Shown here in pieces: positions 6,196 through 17,288 of a stretch of DNA of 32,956 bases. Source of the stretch: a virus; the IMG/VR virus record IMGVR_UViG_3300045988_168513, one strand, 5' to 3'. Within the stretch, counting starts at the first letter, position 1. Each line of letters opens with the position of its first letter. Both the position numbers and the translations under genes were made by a program. Under the pieces are notes generated by a model. That model saw only the letters and a list, made by a program, of their open reading frames with translations, had not been told where the DNA came from and made no database searches.

Positions 6196-6722
6196 TTGGA
6201 AGCATAATATCATTTATCGGCGATTTTGCCAAAACGTGCAACGTCGGAGGCGGAGATGTGTATTTCGAGTGCGACAGTGTCGATTTGATTGCGGTTAAAA
6301 TCGATACCGTACCGCGAACGAATGACGATGGGCACGCAAATTTCTTTATATATGTCGAACCGCCTGTCTACTCTAACTATATATTGCCGCGAGGCCGTAT
6401 CCCTCATCAGCAAACTACAGTGCGTGTATATTTCTGCGGTTTTGTTGAGATGCACAGCCCGTATGAAAAAGGAAGCACGGAATTTTCCGATAACGATATG
6501 ACTACTCGTACGCGTCTTGCTGTGCAGGACACGATAGAGCGGCGGCTCGTCCGGCCATTTCTGCAGGCGCTGAAAAAATCGGACATGGCCGCACGATTTC
6601 CCGATTCGTTCGCAAATCTGCGTATTAACTACAGGGCGGAACCGCGGTTCGACGCGAACGAAATAAGCATTTATGTAGAATTTCAGTGGGAGGAGGGGCT
6701 GTGTGCCGAAGATTATGCGTAA
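6192..6722 (+). CDS. hypothetical protein (176 aa)
   Basis: ATGA overlap with the terL stop. No recognisable motif. Confidence 0.6.
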   Translation: MIGSIISFIGDFAKTCNVGGGDVYFECDSVDLIAVKIDTVPRTNDDGHANFFIYVEPPVYSNYILPRGRIPHQQTTVRVYFCGFVEMHSPYEKGSTEFSDNDMTTRTRLAVQDTIERRLVRPFLQALKKSDMAARFPDSFANLRINYRAEPRFDANEISIYVEFQWEEGLCAEDYA

Positions 6723-7188
6723 AGTAGATATCCGAGGGGGGCAGTTTACATACGGACAACGTATAGAACTCGGTCGCATTTTGCAGAACGCGAAACTGTC
6801 TGAGTTCGCCAAAATGGAAGCGTGCATGAAATGTCTTGTGCCAAAATGGTCGTTCCTGAATATCCGTGAAAGCATTGCTTGGTGGCCGGAAGTTATAGAC
6901 GGTTTGGCATACTGGATTAATCGTGAAAATAAAGAGCTTTATAAAGCCCCTACCACGGAAGAGAAAGCTGCAGGTATACTCGATATGCAGCGGAAAATCA
7001 GTTACATGGGAGTAATAACGTCTCTCGCAAAAGAGTTCGCGACGGACCCAGACACGATACTGTCATGGAAATACGCGAAAGTATTCAATATACTTTATAC
7101 CGATATGCAGCGGGCGATATTTCACGAGCGGCTGCATAAGAATCGCGAAGAAAAAGCCGCCCGCGCACGAAAAGCGAAAAGACGATGA
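6703..7188 (+). CDS. hypothetical protein (161 aa; alternative ATG at 6715)
   Basis: Same-strand packed ORF with a basic C-terminal tail (EEKAARARKAKRR). Confidence 0.6.
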   Translation: MPKIMRKVDIRGGQFTYGQRIELGRILQNAKLSEFAKMEACMKCLVPKWSFLNIRESIAWWPEVIDGLAYWINRENKELYKAPTTEEKAAGILDMQRKISYMGVITSLAKEFATDPDTILSWKYAKVFNILYTDMQRAIFHERLHKNREEKAARARKAKRR

Positions 7189-7679
7189 CAACAAGATTCG
7201 ACAGCGAGCTTCTTCAGCACTTGGAAATGCTGAGGGATGACATAATAGAGGCTTCTCGCCGTGCCGGACAGCAGGCAAGTGGACGGACGTATTCAGAAAC
7301 GACGGCAACGGTAGAGCGCACTGGGGATATTATCGAGGGAGCGGTAAAGGCTCCCGGATATTTCCATACTCTCATCACGGGGCGGGGGCCCGGACGCGTC
7401 CCGGCCAACTTTACCGACATTATCGAAGAATGGGCAGCCGCCAAAGGTCTTTATTTTATAGATGCGCGAGATGCCAGACGTTTTGCCAATGCGGTAGCAT
7501 GGAAAATACGCCGCGAAGGGTCGGAATTATACAGAAATCATCTATACGTGGATTTGGTCGACACGCCCGTAAAAAATTTTGAGGCGTGGCTTGAAACGGC
7601 ATTAGAGCAAGCGATGCAAATACTTATCAATGAAGCACTGTCCGTCCCTGCATCATCACAACACGGATATATATTATAG
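7185..7679 (+). CDS. hypothetical protein (164 aa)
   Basis: ATGA overlap with the upstream stop. Ends at TAG. Confidence 0.6.
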   Translation: MTTRFDSELLQHLEMLRDDIIEASRRAGQQASGRTYSETTATVERTGDIIEGAVKAPGYFHTLITGRGPGRVPANFTDIIEEWAAAKGLYFIDARDARRFANAVAWKIRREGSELYRNHLYVDLVDTPVKNFEAWLETALEQAMQILINEALSVPASSQHGYIL

Positions 7680-7682
7680 ATT

Positions 7683-10082
7683 ATGGCATACTGTCTGAAA
7701 AAACCGAAACCAATATGTTCAGCGTACGAGGAGACGGAACTCGTATTGCAAACTGACAAAGGACTGTATGAGTGGGCGCAAGCACATCAAAATGATACAG
7801 AAGGAGTTAATATTCTACCGTTAAAAACATCCAATGCAGATGTTGAAATGCCTGTGGGTAGCTCGGCTATGCCGGCCGGCCAACGTCAATTACCGACATT
7901 ATTTTCAAGAATAGATACGTCCGGACTTACCAGAATATCAACAAGTGGAGTGAGCAGCATAATACCGTTTACAATAGGGAAATATTACAGTCTTGGTATC
8001 AATAAATTAAGTATTAAAACGAGCCCCACAAATAACAATTTTGCGGGGGGACGCGTGGAATTGATAATAGACCAAACATTCGGTGATGCATTATGGAATT
8101 TAAACATAACGCCATCTCGCAACTTTGTCGATTATATAGAGCGAGCATATATCAATGCTAATCAATTATCTACCGTGAGATATCCGGACATGCAAGCTGC
8201 TTTATGTACACAATTTATTGTTCAAAATCCATTTAAGGATGGAACCAACGCATGGACAGGCCCTGGACTAACTGCATGGTTTAATTTCAGACATTGTATT
8301 GGTGTTCCTCAATCTTTTGACTGCACAAACAGACCTTTAGGGTACGTTGAAGTATCACAAATTATGCGCAATAGTAATTCGTTGGGAATAGAATTAGTGT
8401 TTAATATAGACAATATTGCAAATGATGATTTAGTACATCCTTTAGTAATTTATGAAGACGAACTGTCGCAACCAGTTGACGTAATAGGTTTTAAAAAAGG
8501 CAAATTAGTACGACACCAAGATTCATCTACTACTATTGACGTTGTTTTAAAAACATTAAATCATATTGTTATTTGGACAGACACAGCTGCAGTTACATCA
8601 GGAGGCGCAGGAATTATGCGTATCGATTTTAACGGAACCACTATTTATAATGGGGATGTTAGTTATAATGTTTATAGTAATATTAAAAAGATATGGTTAG
8701 GTGGCTCAGCTGACGGTAGTTTATACATGGGCGGTCATATTTATTATGTGCGTACTTTGAATACAAATTGGAATATAACCTATGTGCGGAGAAACATGTA
8801 TTACGATGGTAAAATGCTCGATACGATAATTCCTTATGCATTAACATCCCGATTTGAGGTAAGAGATATTTATAGATACGGTTATACGGGAGATTTTCAG
8901 CCATGGTTCTATTCCGGCGAAACGACAATGCGCTCATCTGTGTCTGACGGTTCGAGGCAAGCGATTCTTTATCCATACGACAATTCTTTTTTAGTAGATT
9001 ACAAAACGCCGGAAAGTCCCGGCGCCTCACCAAAAGGATTCCTGTTAATGTCGGTCACGGCTGGCAAAATAATGATAAATACCGGAAATGATTATTTGCC
9101 GTATCTTCCATCGCCTGCTGATTTGCTCGATTCATTATCGCCTACAGACACGACATTACCGACAATTACGGTGAATGTTAAACAATCTGATGAAAGTACT
9201 CATACTGTGATATTATCTTCAGAAGCGGACACAGCCGGTAAAGTGAGATATGATTTAGGATGGATATTTAAATCATCGTTTTTCAACATACGTTCCGGAT
9301 ATTCTGACAACAATTTATACGGGAATTACACTGTTAACAACATTCCTGGGGAAGATACAGCACAAGAAAATGCAAGAAGATTATTCATGCGCCACATATC
9401 TCAGTATGGACATATTAGCGATATGCAAACAGAAAATGCAGCAATGCTTATGTCTCCTGCATGTTGGGTATGGTATGAAGGATATCCGCTCGACATGGTT
9501 ATAAATACAAATACGTTTTCTTTCGGTCCATTTCTATATTGGAAAACGTTTAATAGTGCATATAAAGCTATGCAGATTCCTGTAGGGGTAAGTATGGTAG
9601 ATTTAACAGATACTGAAAGTTGGGAACTTAGAAATTCGTATATTTCATTCCAATATTTTACACCAAAATATCATTGCCGATTAGGATGTATTCCAGATAA
9701 CCCTTTTTATATAAGATGGATAAATGAAAAAGGAGGATACGATTTCTGGATGTTCAAGTCATATCCATCGGACGAACAGGAGATTGAAGATATCATAAAT
9801 ACACTACCCTATCCTTCCGACCAATACCGCATATGGCATCGCGCAAGTGCCATAGGTCGCAAGCGTATAACGGTAGGCGACGGATTGTTAACACGCGAAG
9901 AATTTGAGTGCTTGAAATTCATACCCCGCTCCCCTCTCGTTGAATGGTATGACGAAAGCATCGGCAAATGGCAGCCGGTCGTATTCGAAGATTCGATTTC
10001 CGTAACATGGAATAGCCGCTCAGGACTTGGGGATATAGAATACACATTTACGCTACCGCCAATCAGATTACAGCAGCTATGA
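7683..10082 (+). CDS. large virion structural protein (799 aa), candidate tail/host-recognition protein
   Basis: Long ORF in the structural arm. The central part is markedly AT-rich (about 35% GC) relative to its ends and to neighbouring genes. No catalytic motifs seen. Confidence 0.55.
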   Translation: MAYCLKKPKPICSAYEETELVLQTDKGLYEWAQAHQNDTEGVNILPLKTSNADVEMPVGSSAMPAGQRQLPTLFSRIDTSGLTRISTSGVSSIIPFTIGKYYSLGINKLSIKTSPTNNNFAGGRVELIIDQTFGDALWNLNITPSRNFVDYIERAYINANQLSTVRYPDMQAALCTQFIVQNPFKDGTNAWTGPGLTAWFNFRHCIGVPQSFDCTNRPLGYVEVSQIMRNSNSLGIELVFNIDNIANDDLVHPLVIYEDELSQPVDVIGFKKGKLVRHQDSSTTIDVVLKTLNHIVIWTDTAAVTSGGAGIMRIDFNGTTIYNGDVSYNVYSNIKKIWLGGSADGSLYMGGHIYYVRTLNTNWNITYVRRNMYYDGKMLDTIIPYALTSRFEVRDIYRYGYTGDFQPWFYSGETTMRSSVSDGSRQAILYPYDNSFLVDYKTPESPGASPKGFLLMSVTAGKIMINTGNDYLPYLPSPADLLDSLSPTDTTLPTITVNVKQSDESTHTVILSSEADTAGKVRYDLGWIFKSSFFNIRSGYSDNNLYGNYTVNNIPGEDTAQENARRLFMRHISQYGHISDMQTENAAMLMSPACWVWYEGYPLDMVINTNTFSFGPFLYWKTFNSAYKAMQIPVGVSMVDLTDTESWELRNSYISFQYFTPKYHCRLGCIPDNPFYIRWINEKGGYDFWMFKSYPSDEQEIEDIINTLPYPSDQYRIWHRASAIGRKRITVGDGLLTREEFECLKFIPRSPLVEWYDESIGKWQPVVFEDSISVTWNSRSGLGDIEYTFTLPPIRLQQL

Positions 10083-12106
10083 AATGGGATGTAAAAATAC
10101 GACATACAGAGGCGGAAGAATGGATATCGCTCGATTTGGGCGATGAAAATCCGTACATCACACTGCAGGCGTTCGACGTATCCGAACCGAGTGCTCGAAA
10201 CGTCACGTTTTCCCAGGCACTGACATTGCCTGTTACGGAAACGAACATTCGGGCTATGCAGTATTTCAACGGCATTAACGGACGATACGGGGATATATCG
10301 ACGCACGCGTGGCCCTGCCTGCTCCTTTGCGACGGGCAGAAATTCACCGAGGAGGATATGCTGCTGTACGTCGATTCCATGTCCGGCGGGGAGATAAACT
10401 GCCAAATCATAGGTGCAAACAAAGACTTGTTCGTATCTATGGATGATACGCCTATGTCGGCATTAACATTAAACAGCGCTGTAGATATCACACAAATCCG
10501 AACGTTTAGCCAGGCGGTTGGAGAATACGGCACGGTAAACGGTCTGTACCTGCTATCACAAAACGATATCGAACCTGGAGCTGTCAGCAATGCCGACACG
10601 CTCAGCCAGGCAGTAGATGTATGGAATGTCTTTCCGGCTCTCAGTGTTCCATCCGTACTCAGCGCTATTATGAAGTATCATGGATGGAATACTGAGTACG
10701 ACAAATCCTCTGGGTTGGATAAACACATCATTCCATGTGTTAGTTTAAAACAGTCTGGAAATTTTACATACGAAATGACAGGAGGAGTGCATGCTTCTAT
10801 AGTGATTCAGCGCCGAAATTTTGTTAAAGTATCAATATCTTTAGAATCCGATTCTTCAGGCAGGAGTGGGTATAGCGGCACTTCGGATGAAATGCGATTA
10901 CATTACAAACCAACATATTTCGCTCTTGATACGCAGAAATGCGACGTTGTAGTATCTGTAAAACCTGGCGCTCCTATCAATTATCCATACACGCCAGACA
11001 GTACGATAACAGCCTTGCAGGTTGTTGCAAATATTACGGACAACTCTGGTAATGTTATTGTATCAAAGCCATTAAAAGGCTATCAGTATGATGATATTAA
11101 TAATAATTATTGGCTTCCAGATATAGCCGCCGGCCAAACACACTTACTATATACAGAAAATCCATTTACAATCAATGCGGGGGAGCAGTTACGTTTTAGT
11201 TTCACATTCCAATCCTATGAGCGTTTTGACAGTACCAATACGTCTCCAATAAAAATGCCTATAGATATAGACCTATCTGTTAAGTTTACATCAGACCCCG
11301 ACAGCGAAACTGATTACGGCAGCATCACAATAGGCGCAAGCGCAAATCTGTTCGATTGCATGAACTTCGACACGCAGGGCGATTTTGTGCGTGCTGTAAT
11401 ACAGACTTTTGCCCTTTTCCCCGTATTCGATTATCGCACCAAGACCGTAACATTTGAAACTTTCCAAACCGTCATTGACAACAAGAATGCAGGTAATGTA
11501 ATGGACTGGTCGGACAAACTACTACAGGACGATGAACTCGAATTTAGCTATCAGCCCGACAATTTCGCCAAAATCAACGAAATCAATTTTAAGGAAGAAA
11601 ATGATTACCAAACCGGCTGGACATTCAGAATGCATTCTGCATCCTTAGAACAGGGGCCGGAGGAGTATATGGAAATACCGTTTGCCAGCGCGAAAAATCT
11701 AACATTTGATACTTACGGCCAAGTCGTCAATCTTCCACTATATGAGGTTTCACAGCAGGATAGCGGCATATCCAGAACATGGAAAGGAAGCGATACACCC
11801 TATCTATTACAAGCATTATTGCCGTTTAGCAAAACAATTCAGCAAGGTACTGTATCTGCTGTCAAGAATGTATATACAGGCAATTTTTACACAGAAGACA
11901 TCAAACAGAACTTTGATGGTTTAACAAATGCAATTGCTTTCCCGACCGTTTTACGGGCTTCTTTCGATTTGTCGCTGCTCGATATATACATGATAGATTT
12001 TATGAAGCCTGTTTGGTTAGAACAGTTTAGCGCATACTTCTATCTGCTGAAAGTCGAGAATTACTCCGGAGAGATTGTTACCTGTGAAATGATTAAAATA
12101 CAATAA
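10079..12106 (+). CDS. large virion/tail protein (675 aa)
   Basis: ATGA overlap with the upstream gene and 1 nt from the tape-measure-like gene. Function is inferred from position only. Confidence 0.5.
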   Translation: MKWDVKIRHTEAEEWISLDLGDENPYITLQAFDVSEPSARNVTFSQALTLPVTETNIRAMQYFNGINGRYGDISTHAWPCLLLCDGQKFTEEDMLLYVDSMSGGEINCQIIGANKDLFVSMDDTPMSALTLNSAVDITQIRTFSQAVGEYGTVNGLYLLSQNDIEPGAVSNADTLSQAVDVWNVFPALSVPSVLSAIMKYHGWNTEYDKSSGLDKHIIPCVSLKQSGNFTYEMTGGVHASIVIQRRNFVKVSISLESDSSGRSGYSGTSDEMRLHYKPTYFALDTQKCDVVVSVKPGAPINYPYTPDSTITALQVVANITDNSGNVIVSKPLKGYQYDDINNNYWLPDIAAGQTHLLYTENPFTINAGEQLRFSFTFQSYERFDSTNTSPIKMPIDIDLSVKFTSDPDSETDYGSITIGASANLFDCMNFDTQGDFVRAVIQTFALFPVFDYRTKTVTFETFQTVIDNKNAGNVMDWSDKLLQDDELEFSYQPDNFAKINEINFKEENDYQTGWTFRMHSASLEQGPEEYMEIPFASAKNLTFDTYGQVVNLPLYEVSQQDSGISRTWKGSDTPYLLQALLPFSKTIQQGTVSAVKNVYTGNFYTEDIKQNFDGLTNAIAFPTVLRASFDLSLLDIYMIDFMKPVWLEQFSAYFYLLKVENYSGEIVTCEMIKIQ

Positions 12107-12107
12107 C

Positions 12108-15086
12108 ATGGCTACCGAAACAAGAGAAACCGTATATAACATTAAACTGAATGCGACCGAGGCAATCGCTACAGCGGCAGAGCTACAGCAGAAAATAGAC
12201 GGAATTAAAGAAGCTATGAAGCAGGAGGCGGCGCAAAATGGGAAAGGCACTATCGCGTATCAGCAAAAGGCCGCCCAATTGAAAGTACTTACTGCCCAAT
12301 ACAACTCATACAGTAAGTTTGCTGTCAACTCTATGAAATTAGAGGGGCAACAGGCAGATGCGCTTAAAGCCATGCGTTTGCAAGTGTCATTACTTACACA
12401 GGAATACGACGGTTTGGGCAAGGCGGAAAGAGAAGCGGCGCAGGGAACTGAACTGCGTGACCGCATCGCAGGACTGACTGCGGAACTCAGCAAGCAGGAA
12501 CAGGCGCTGGGCAATTTTCGCCGCAACGTCGGTAACTACGGCAGTGCATATAATGGATTGAATATTCAGGCACAACAACTGGTACGCGAATTACCATCCC
12601 TCACTGTTAGCGCTAATCAGTTTTTCCTCGCCATCTCGAACAACCTACCGATGTTTTTTGACGAGATACAGAAAGTGCGTATGGAGGCTGCAGCCCTGCG
12701 AAAGGAAGGTAAGGCCGCACCGTCTGTGATAAAAACGGTGTTGTCGTCATTTCTGTCCATGCAGACATTGTTAGCAGTGGGCGTTACACTACTTGGGCAA
12801 TACGGAGGCGAAATAGTAAAATGGATAGGCGAACTGTTAAAGGGGAAAAACGCGGCGGACAGCACGGCGGCCTCCATGAAAGCATTAAATGAAGCAATGG
12901 ATTTCAGCGGGCTCGGCAAACAGATTGCGAATATCAATTTACTCGCCGATGCATGGGCGAGATTGGGCGATGATGCAGAAGCAAAAGCGGGATTCATACA
13001 AAAATACAAGGACGAGATAGCAGATACGGGACTTGCCATAAACGACGTGAACGATGCAGAGGCGGTATTCGGTTCCCCCGCATCTACGCAAAAAGTCATA
13101 GATGCAATGGTCGCACGTGCGCAGGCTGCTGCATCACTGAAACTGTATGAAGAGCAGATAGCGGAGGCTATAGAATATCAGGCAAGGGCACGGCAACTGG
13201 CACAAGAAAATAGCGAACGGGAGGAGAAACGAATACAGAATTGGGCTAACGCCAATACTTTGCTCGGTCAATCATTTGTATTCTTAGGAAATAATATAGG
13301 CCGTAATTTCGATTTGACAGCTGACCGCGCAGAAAGGCTGAACTACAATGCTGACAAGGCTTTCTCAAGGGCCGAAAATTATCTGACGTTCATAAACGAA
13401 CTTACAGCCACGGCCGCCGAAAAATCCTCGGAACTCGCTGTGGGCTTTGCAGAAGATGCAGAAGACGCGGGCAAGACCGTAGACCAGCTGGCTTCCAAAT
13501 TCGCAGGAAATATCGTAAAAATCCAACAGGAAATGGTTAAAACTCTCAATGAAGGGAGCAGACAGGGCGAGATACGGCAGCTAATGCACGAATATGCGGA
13601 AACTCTCAAGACGTTAGAGGATACGGTTGCCGAATATGAAAAAATAGATTTTGGCAACCTGTCCCAGGAGGAGGCTGCAGCCGCAAAAACAGCCTACGAG
13701 GAGGTGTTGGCAAATTTATTGGTATATCGCGACAAGTTAGCCGAAAACCTTGCAAAAGATATTTCCGAAGTCAATAAGAAATACGACAGGCAAGAATTCG
13801 AAGCACTGAGTATTCTTTACCGCCGGCGCATTCTGGAAGCCGGGAACAATGCCGCGGAACGTCTGAAAATCGAATTGGAGGCTTTTGAGGCAGAGAAGGA
13901 GATGCTGGAGAAGAACGGGGAGGAGACGATAGAAGTAGACGAGAAAATCGCCAAAAAGCAAAATGAAATCCTTAAGGAACGGCTGAAAACTTTGCAGGCA
14001 ATAGTATCGCAGGAGGCAGAAGAGATGAAGGAGGGTAGCATCGAGCGTCTGCAACTGGAACTACAGGGCATGCAGGAAGAATTACGCCTCCGTCAACAGC
14101 TCGGAGAAGATACCGTTTCGTTGCAGCGGGAAATAGCTAATCAAGTATTGGCTATCGAGCGTGCTGCATGGCTGGAGGGATATGAAATCGACAACAGCAA
14201 TTACGTAACCCGATATCGGACGACGAAAGAACGGTTGCTCCAGGAATTGGAACTCCATAAAGGAGAGGCGGAAGAGATAAAGAGAATCAGGCAGGAGCTG
14301 GCTCAAAACGAGGAAGAATTTCAAACTAAACTTCGGGACGATATATTCTCCATTGCCGACCAAATAAATGAAGTTTTCAATGGTATTACCGACCTAATTT
14401 CTTCGCAGGTAGAACAGCAAGTGGCATCTATCAACGACACGTATGATAAGGCAGAACAGAATTTGGCCGACATGTACGCACGCGGGGCCTATACGGAAGC
14501 CGAATATAACGCGGAAAGTATGCGGCTGCAAAAAGAGCGGGAGGATGCAATAGCCGAAGCCCGTATCAGAGAGGCGAAAGCCGAACGGGCTGCATCCGTA
14601 TTTTCAATTACGGTAAGCACTGCACAGGCAATCGTGCAGGCGTGGACACAGGCGCAGGCAAATCCCATAGTGGCCGGGATACTTACCGGGCTCATATCGG
14701 CGGCAAGCGCACTGCAAATGGCTGCCGTATTGTCTGCCCCGCTTCCTACCGCCTCCCGCGGCCGTTACATTCATGGACGCACCCATGCACAGGGCGGAGA
14801 AGTTATTGAAGCTGAGGCCGGCGAGGTAATTATCAACAGGCGTTCAACGGCCAGATTCCTCCCCCTACTGTCTGCCATCAATGAAGCGGGCGGAGGTATT
14901 CCATTTGCCTCCGCCGGATACGATGGCGGATATGTTATGAGACACGCAGGAATGGATATCAATCCTAACATCGAACAAGCTATTGCTAAAGCTCTTAATT
15001 CTGTGAAAATAGTAGCAACTATCCAGGACATTAAAAGACAGGAAGCAAACTATATGAAAATACAATCAAACAAAGTATTATTATAG
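12108..15086 (+). CDS. tape measure-like protein (992 aa)
   Basis: Largely Ala/Glu/Lys/Gln-rich coiled coil with hydrophobic segments (LLAVGVTLLGQYGG, IVAGILTGLISAASALQMAAVL) and a C-terminal GGEVIEAEAGEVIINRRS..LLSAIN motif resembling tape-measure C-termini. Confidence 0.6.
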   Translation: MATETRETVYNIKLNATEAIATAAELQQKIDGIKEAMKQEAAQNGKGTIAYQQKAAQLKVLTAQYNSYSKFAVNSMKLEGQQADALKAMRLQVSLLTQEYDGLGKAEREAAQGTELRDRIAGLTAELSKQEQALGNFRRNVGNYGSAYNGLNIQAQQLVRELPSLTVSANQFFLAISNNLPMFFDEIQKVRMEAAALRKEGKAAPSVIKTVLSSFLSMQTLLAVGVTLLGQYGGEIVKWIGELLKGKNAADSTAASMKALNEAMDFSGLGKQIANINLLADAWARLGDDAEAKAGFIQKYKDEIADTGLAINDVNDAEAVFGSPASTQKVIDAMVARAQAAASLKLYEEQIAEAIEYQARARQLAQENSEREEKRIQNWANANTLLGQSFVFLGNNIGRNFDLTADRAERLNYNADKAFSRAENYLTFINELTATAAEKSSELAVGFAEDAEDAGKTVDQLASKFAGNIVKIQQEMVKTLNEGSRQGEIRQLMHEYAETLKTLEDTVAEYEKIDFGNLSQEEAAAAKTAYEEVLANLLVYRDKLAENLAKDISEVNKKYDRQEFEALSILYRRRILEAGNNAAERLKIELEAFEAEKEMLEKNGEETIEVDEKIAKKQNEILKERLKTLQAIVSQEAEEMKEGSIERLQLELQGMQEELRLRQQLGEDTVSLQREIANQVLAIERAAWLEGYEIDNSNYVTRYRTTKERLLQELELHKGEAEEIKRIRQELAQNEEEFQTKLRDDIFSIADQINEVFNGITDLISSQVEQQVASINDTYDKAEQNLADMYARGAYTEAEYNAESMRLQKEREDAIAEARIREAKAERAASVFSITVSTAQAIVQAWTQAQANPIVAGILTGLISAASALQMAAVLSAPLPTASRGRYIHGRTHAQGGEVIEAEAGEVIINRRSTARFLPLLSAINEAGGGIPFASAGYDGGYVMRHAGMDINPNIEQAIAKALNSVKIVATIQDIKRQEANYMKIQSNKVLL

Positions 15087-15128
15087 TTTTTTTCTTATAT
15101 AAAACTAAAAATACGTATCTTTGTATAT

Positions 15129-16184
15129 ATGATACATATAGAAGTCATAGGAAGTATTGCTCCCGAAAATAGCTGGTTTGGCGACAACACATTTTCCGCC
15201 GAGAAACTGGCGGAGATATTGGCCGGAAATCCCGACCCTGATATTCTGTTGGATATAGACAGCGACGGCGGGAGCACGGAGGAAGGATTCAAAATATACG
15301 ATATGTTGCGAATGAGCGGGCGAAACATTTACGCAAATATTCGTGGGGCCTGTCATTCTATGGCAACTGTAATTTTACTTGCGGCTCCGAAAGGCAACAG
15401 GTCAGCTAACCGCAATGTCCGTGCGCTGATTCATCAGGTTCATACGGAAATGTTCGGATGCATATCGGCTGAAGAAGCTCGGAATATGTCCGATATACTG
15501 GAGATGGAGCAAGAAGCAATACTTGATATTTACACAGAACGCACCGGAGCAGATAGGAAATTTTTACGCAATGTTATCCAGCAGGAAAAAGTACATGATG
15601 CGAACTCCCTCCTCGAAATGGGATTTATAGACAGAATAAACCAATACACAACCAATCAACTATATAATTGCATTATGGCAGAAACAAAATCTTCGGCCTA
15701 TGTTTCGTTCATGGAACGAATGGCTAATTACTTCAAAAAACACGAAATTTTCAACTACGATTACAAAGACGTGGAGGGGAATATCGTGTTTTCAACATCC
15801 TCGTCCGACGACAGCCTCAGCGTTGGCGACCGTGTAAAAGTGGCAAAAGGCGACACCGAAGGCAAGTTCGTACTTGCTGATGGCCGCAAAGTCAACATCG
15901 AAGACAATGTAGTAACGGCGATAGAATCGCCTAATCAGCCTGGCGTGGGAGACATGGAGGAGCGCGTGCGGGAGCTGGAAGACATGCTGGAAGAAGCACG
16001 CAGGGTAATCGATGAGCAGGAAGCGGAGTTACGTCGTCTTCGAGGTAGCAGCGAAGTACCGCCTTCAAGACAGAACTATGTCCCAACATCTAAATCACCG
16101 GCCAGCCTCTCGAAGGAGGACATCATCAAGGAGGCGCGCGAGAAGCAGCGAAAGGCCGCTGAGGCTGAAAAACTCATTAAATAA
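15129..16184 (+). CDS. ClpP-family (S14) prohead protease fused to a scaffold-like coiled-coil tail
   Basis: DIDSDGGSTEEGFKIYDML, GACHSMATVILLAA (Ser) and ALIHQV (His) match the ClpP core. The C-terminal ~150 aa are acidic coiled coil (EERVRELEDMLEEARRVIDEQEAELRRL). Confidence 0.8.
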   Translation: MIHIEVIGSIAPENSWFGDNTFSAEKLAEILAGNPDPDILLDIDSDGGSTEEGFKIYDMLRMSGRNIYANIRGACHSMATVILLAAPKGNRSANRNVRALIHQVHTEMFGCISAEEARNMSDILEMEQEAILDIYTERTGADRKFLRNVIQQEKVHDANSLLEMGFIDRINQYTTNQLYNCIMAETKSSAYVSFMERMANYFKKHEIFNYDYKDVEGNIVFSTSSSDDSLSVGDRVKVAKGDTEGKFVLADGRKVNIEDNVVTAIESPNQPGVGDMEERVRELEDMLEEARRVIDEQEAELRRLRGSSEVPPSRQNYVPTSKSPASLSKEDIIKEAREKQRKAAEAEKLIK

Positions 16185-16215
16185 CCAACATCCACTAACA
16201 TTACACCCTATAAAA

Positions 16216-17277
16216 ATGGCAGCAGGAGGTTTTATTGACATGACTAAATTTACCTTCGAAGGTAAATTGGTCGATTCGCTTAGCGAAATGCTGTTCGAGG
16301 ACACGTTGCGTGCCCCCGATTTCACGTCCATTCATACGATATTCCCGGGTATCGTTACCAATACTGAGGTTGGGTTCATCGGTGAAGGCGACCTGGTGGG
16401 CGTTCCGGACACCGGATGCAATTCTTCTAATAATGAATGGAGCATCAAAACCCGAAAATTGGAGTGGAATCCAAAGACATGGGAAATATTCCTCAAACAG
16501 TGCTATACTGATTTGCAGAGCGCAGCCACGATATACTCTCTGCATACCGGCGTACGCATTCCCGATTTTACTGACACGGATTACGCAAACATCGTGCTCA
16601 CAGTTCTACGGAAGAGTGTACACGACTTCTTCTATCGGACCGTTTGGTTCGGCGATACGTCGGCACAGAGCGCGCCTACCGGCACGGTCGCCGTGGGGCT
16701 GGATACGAAATACTTCACCCTGCTCGATGGATTCTGGAAACAAGCTATCGCACAAGCGGGCGGGAATACGGAACAGCGCGTAACTATTACGGAAAATACA
16801 AGCGCATCGTATGCAACACAGAAGGTATTGCCGGAGAATATCGTGAACTATTTCGCGGGGCTGGTTTACGGCGCTCCGATAGAACTGCGAGGCATGGAAA
16901 ATCAGTTCATACTTGTGACGCAGAGCATCTACGACGCTTATACGCAGTATCTCGCATCCTCGCAATATCTCGAAAGCGCGCGCGTCATGCTGCTTGACGG
17001 ACGCTCCGCACTCTCCTATGACGGCATTCCCGTAATTGCCATGCCGATATGGGACAAGATGATTAAATCGTACTTCGACAACGGGACGAAATACGACAAC
17101 CCGAACCGCGCCATATACACTGCTCGGCCCGTGCTCGGCGTAGGCGTGGACAGCCTCGACAGTTTTGACCAGATTGAAATGTGGTACGACCGCAAGGACA
17201 AGGTAGTATTTACTCGTCTTATGGGACGTCTGGATGCAAAACTTACCAATCCCGAAATGTTCACCATAGCCATTTAG
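16216..17277 (+). CDS. major capsid protein (putative)
   Basis: 353 aa immediately after the protease/scaffold gene. The track ORF opens at 16012 inside the protease gene; the first ATG is 16216. Called from position and size. Confidence 0.65.
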   Translation: MAAGGFIDMTKFTFEGKLVDSLSEMLFEDTLRAPDFTSIHTIFPGIVTNTEVGFIGEGDLVGVPDTGCNSSNNEWSIKTRKLEWNPKTWEIFLKQCYTDLQSAATIYSLHTGVRIPDFTDTDYANIVLTVLRKSVHDFFYRTVWFGDTSAQSAPTGTVAVGLDTKYFTLLDGFWKQAIAQAGGNTEQRVTITENTSASYATQKVLPENIVNYFAGLVYGAPIELRGMENQFILVTQSIYDAYTQYLASSQYLESARVMLLDGRSALSYDGIPVIAMPIWDKMIKSYFDNGTKYDNPNRAIYTARPVLGVGVDSLDSFDQIEMWYDRKDKVVFTRLMGRLDAKLTNPEMFTIAI

Positions 17278-17288
17278 GAGGATAAGTT

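Noticed and set aside
6210-6875. A 221-aa antisense ORF opposite 6192..6722
   Set aside because: The sequence is not protein-like, it runs against a tightly coupled late operon, and it has no start context.
15116-15123. A TATCTTTG promoter box upstream of the protease gene
   Set aside because: It ends only 5 nt before the ATG, which would require a leaderless transcript. That is too weak to call as a feature.
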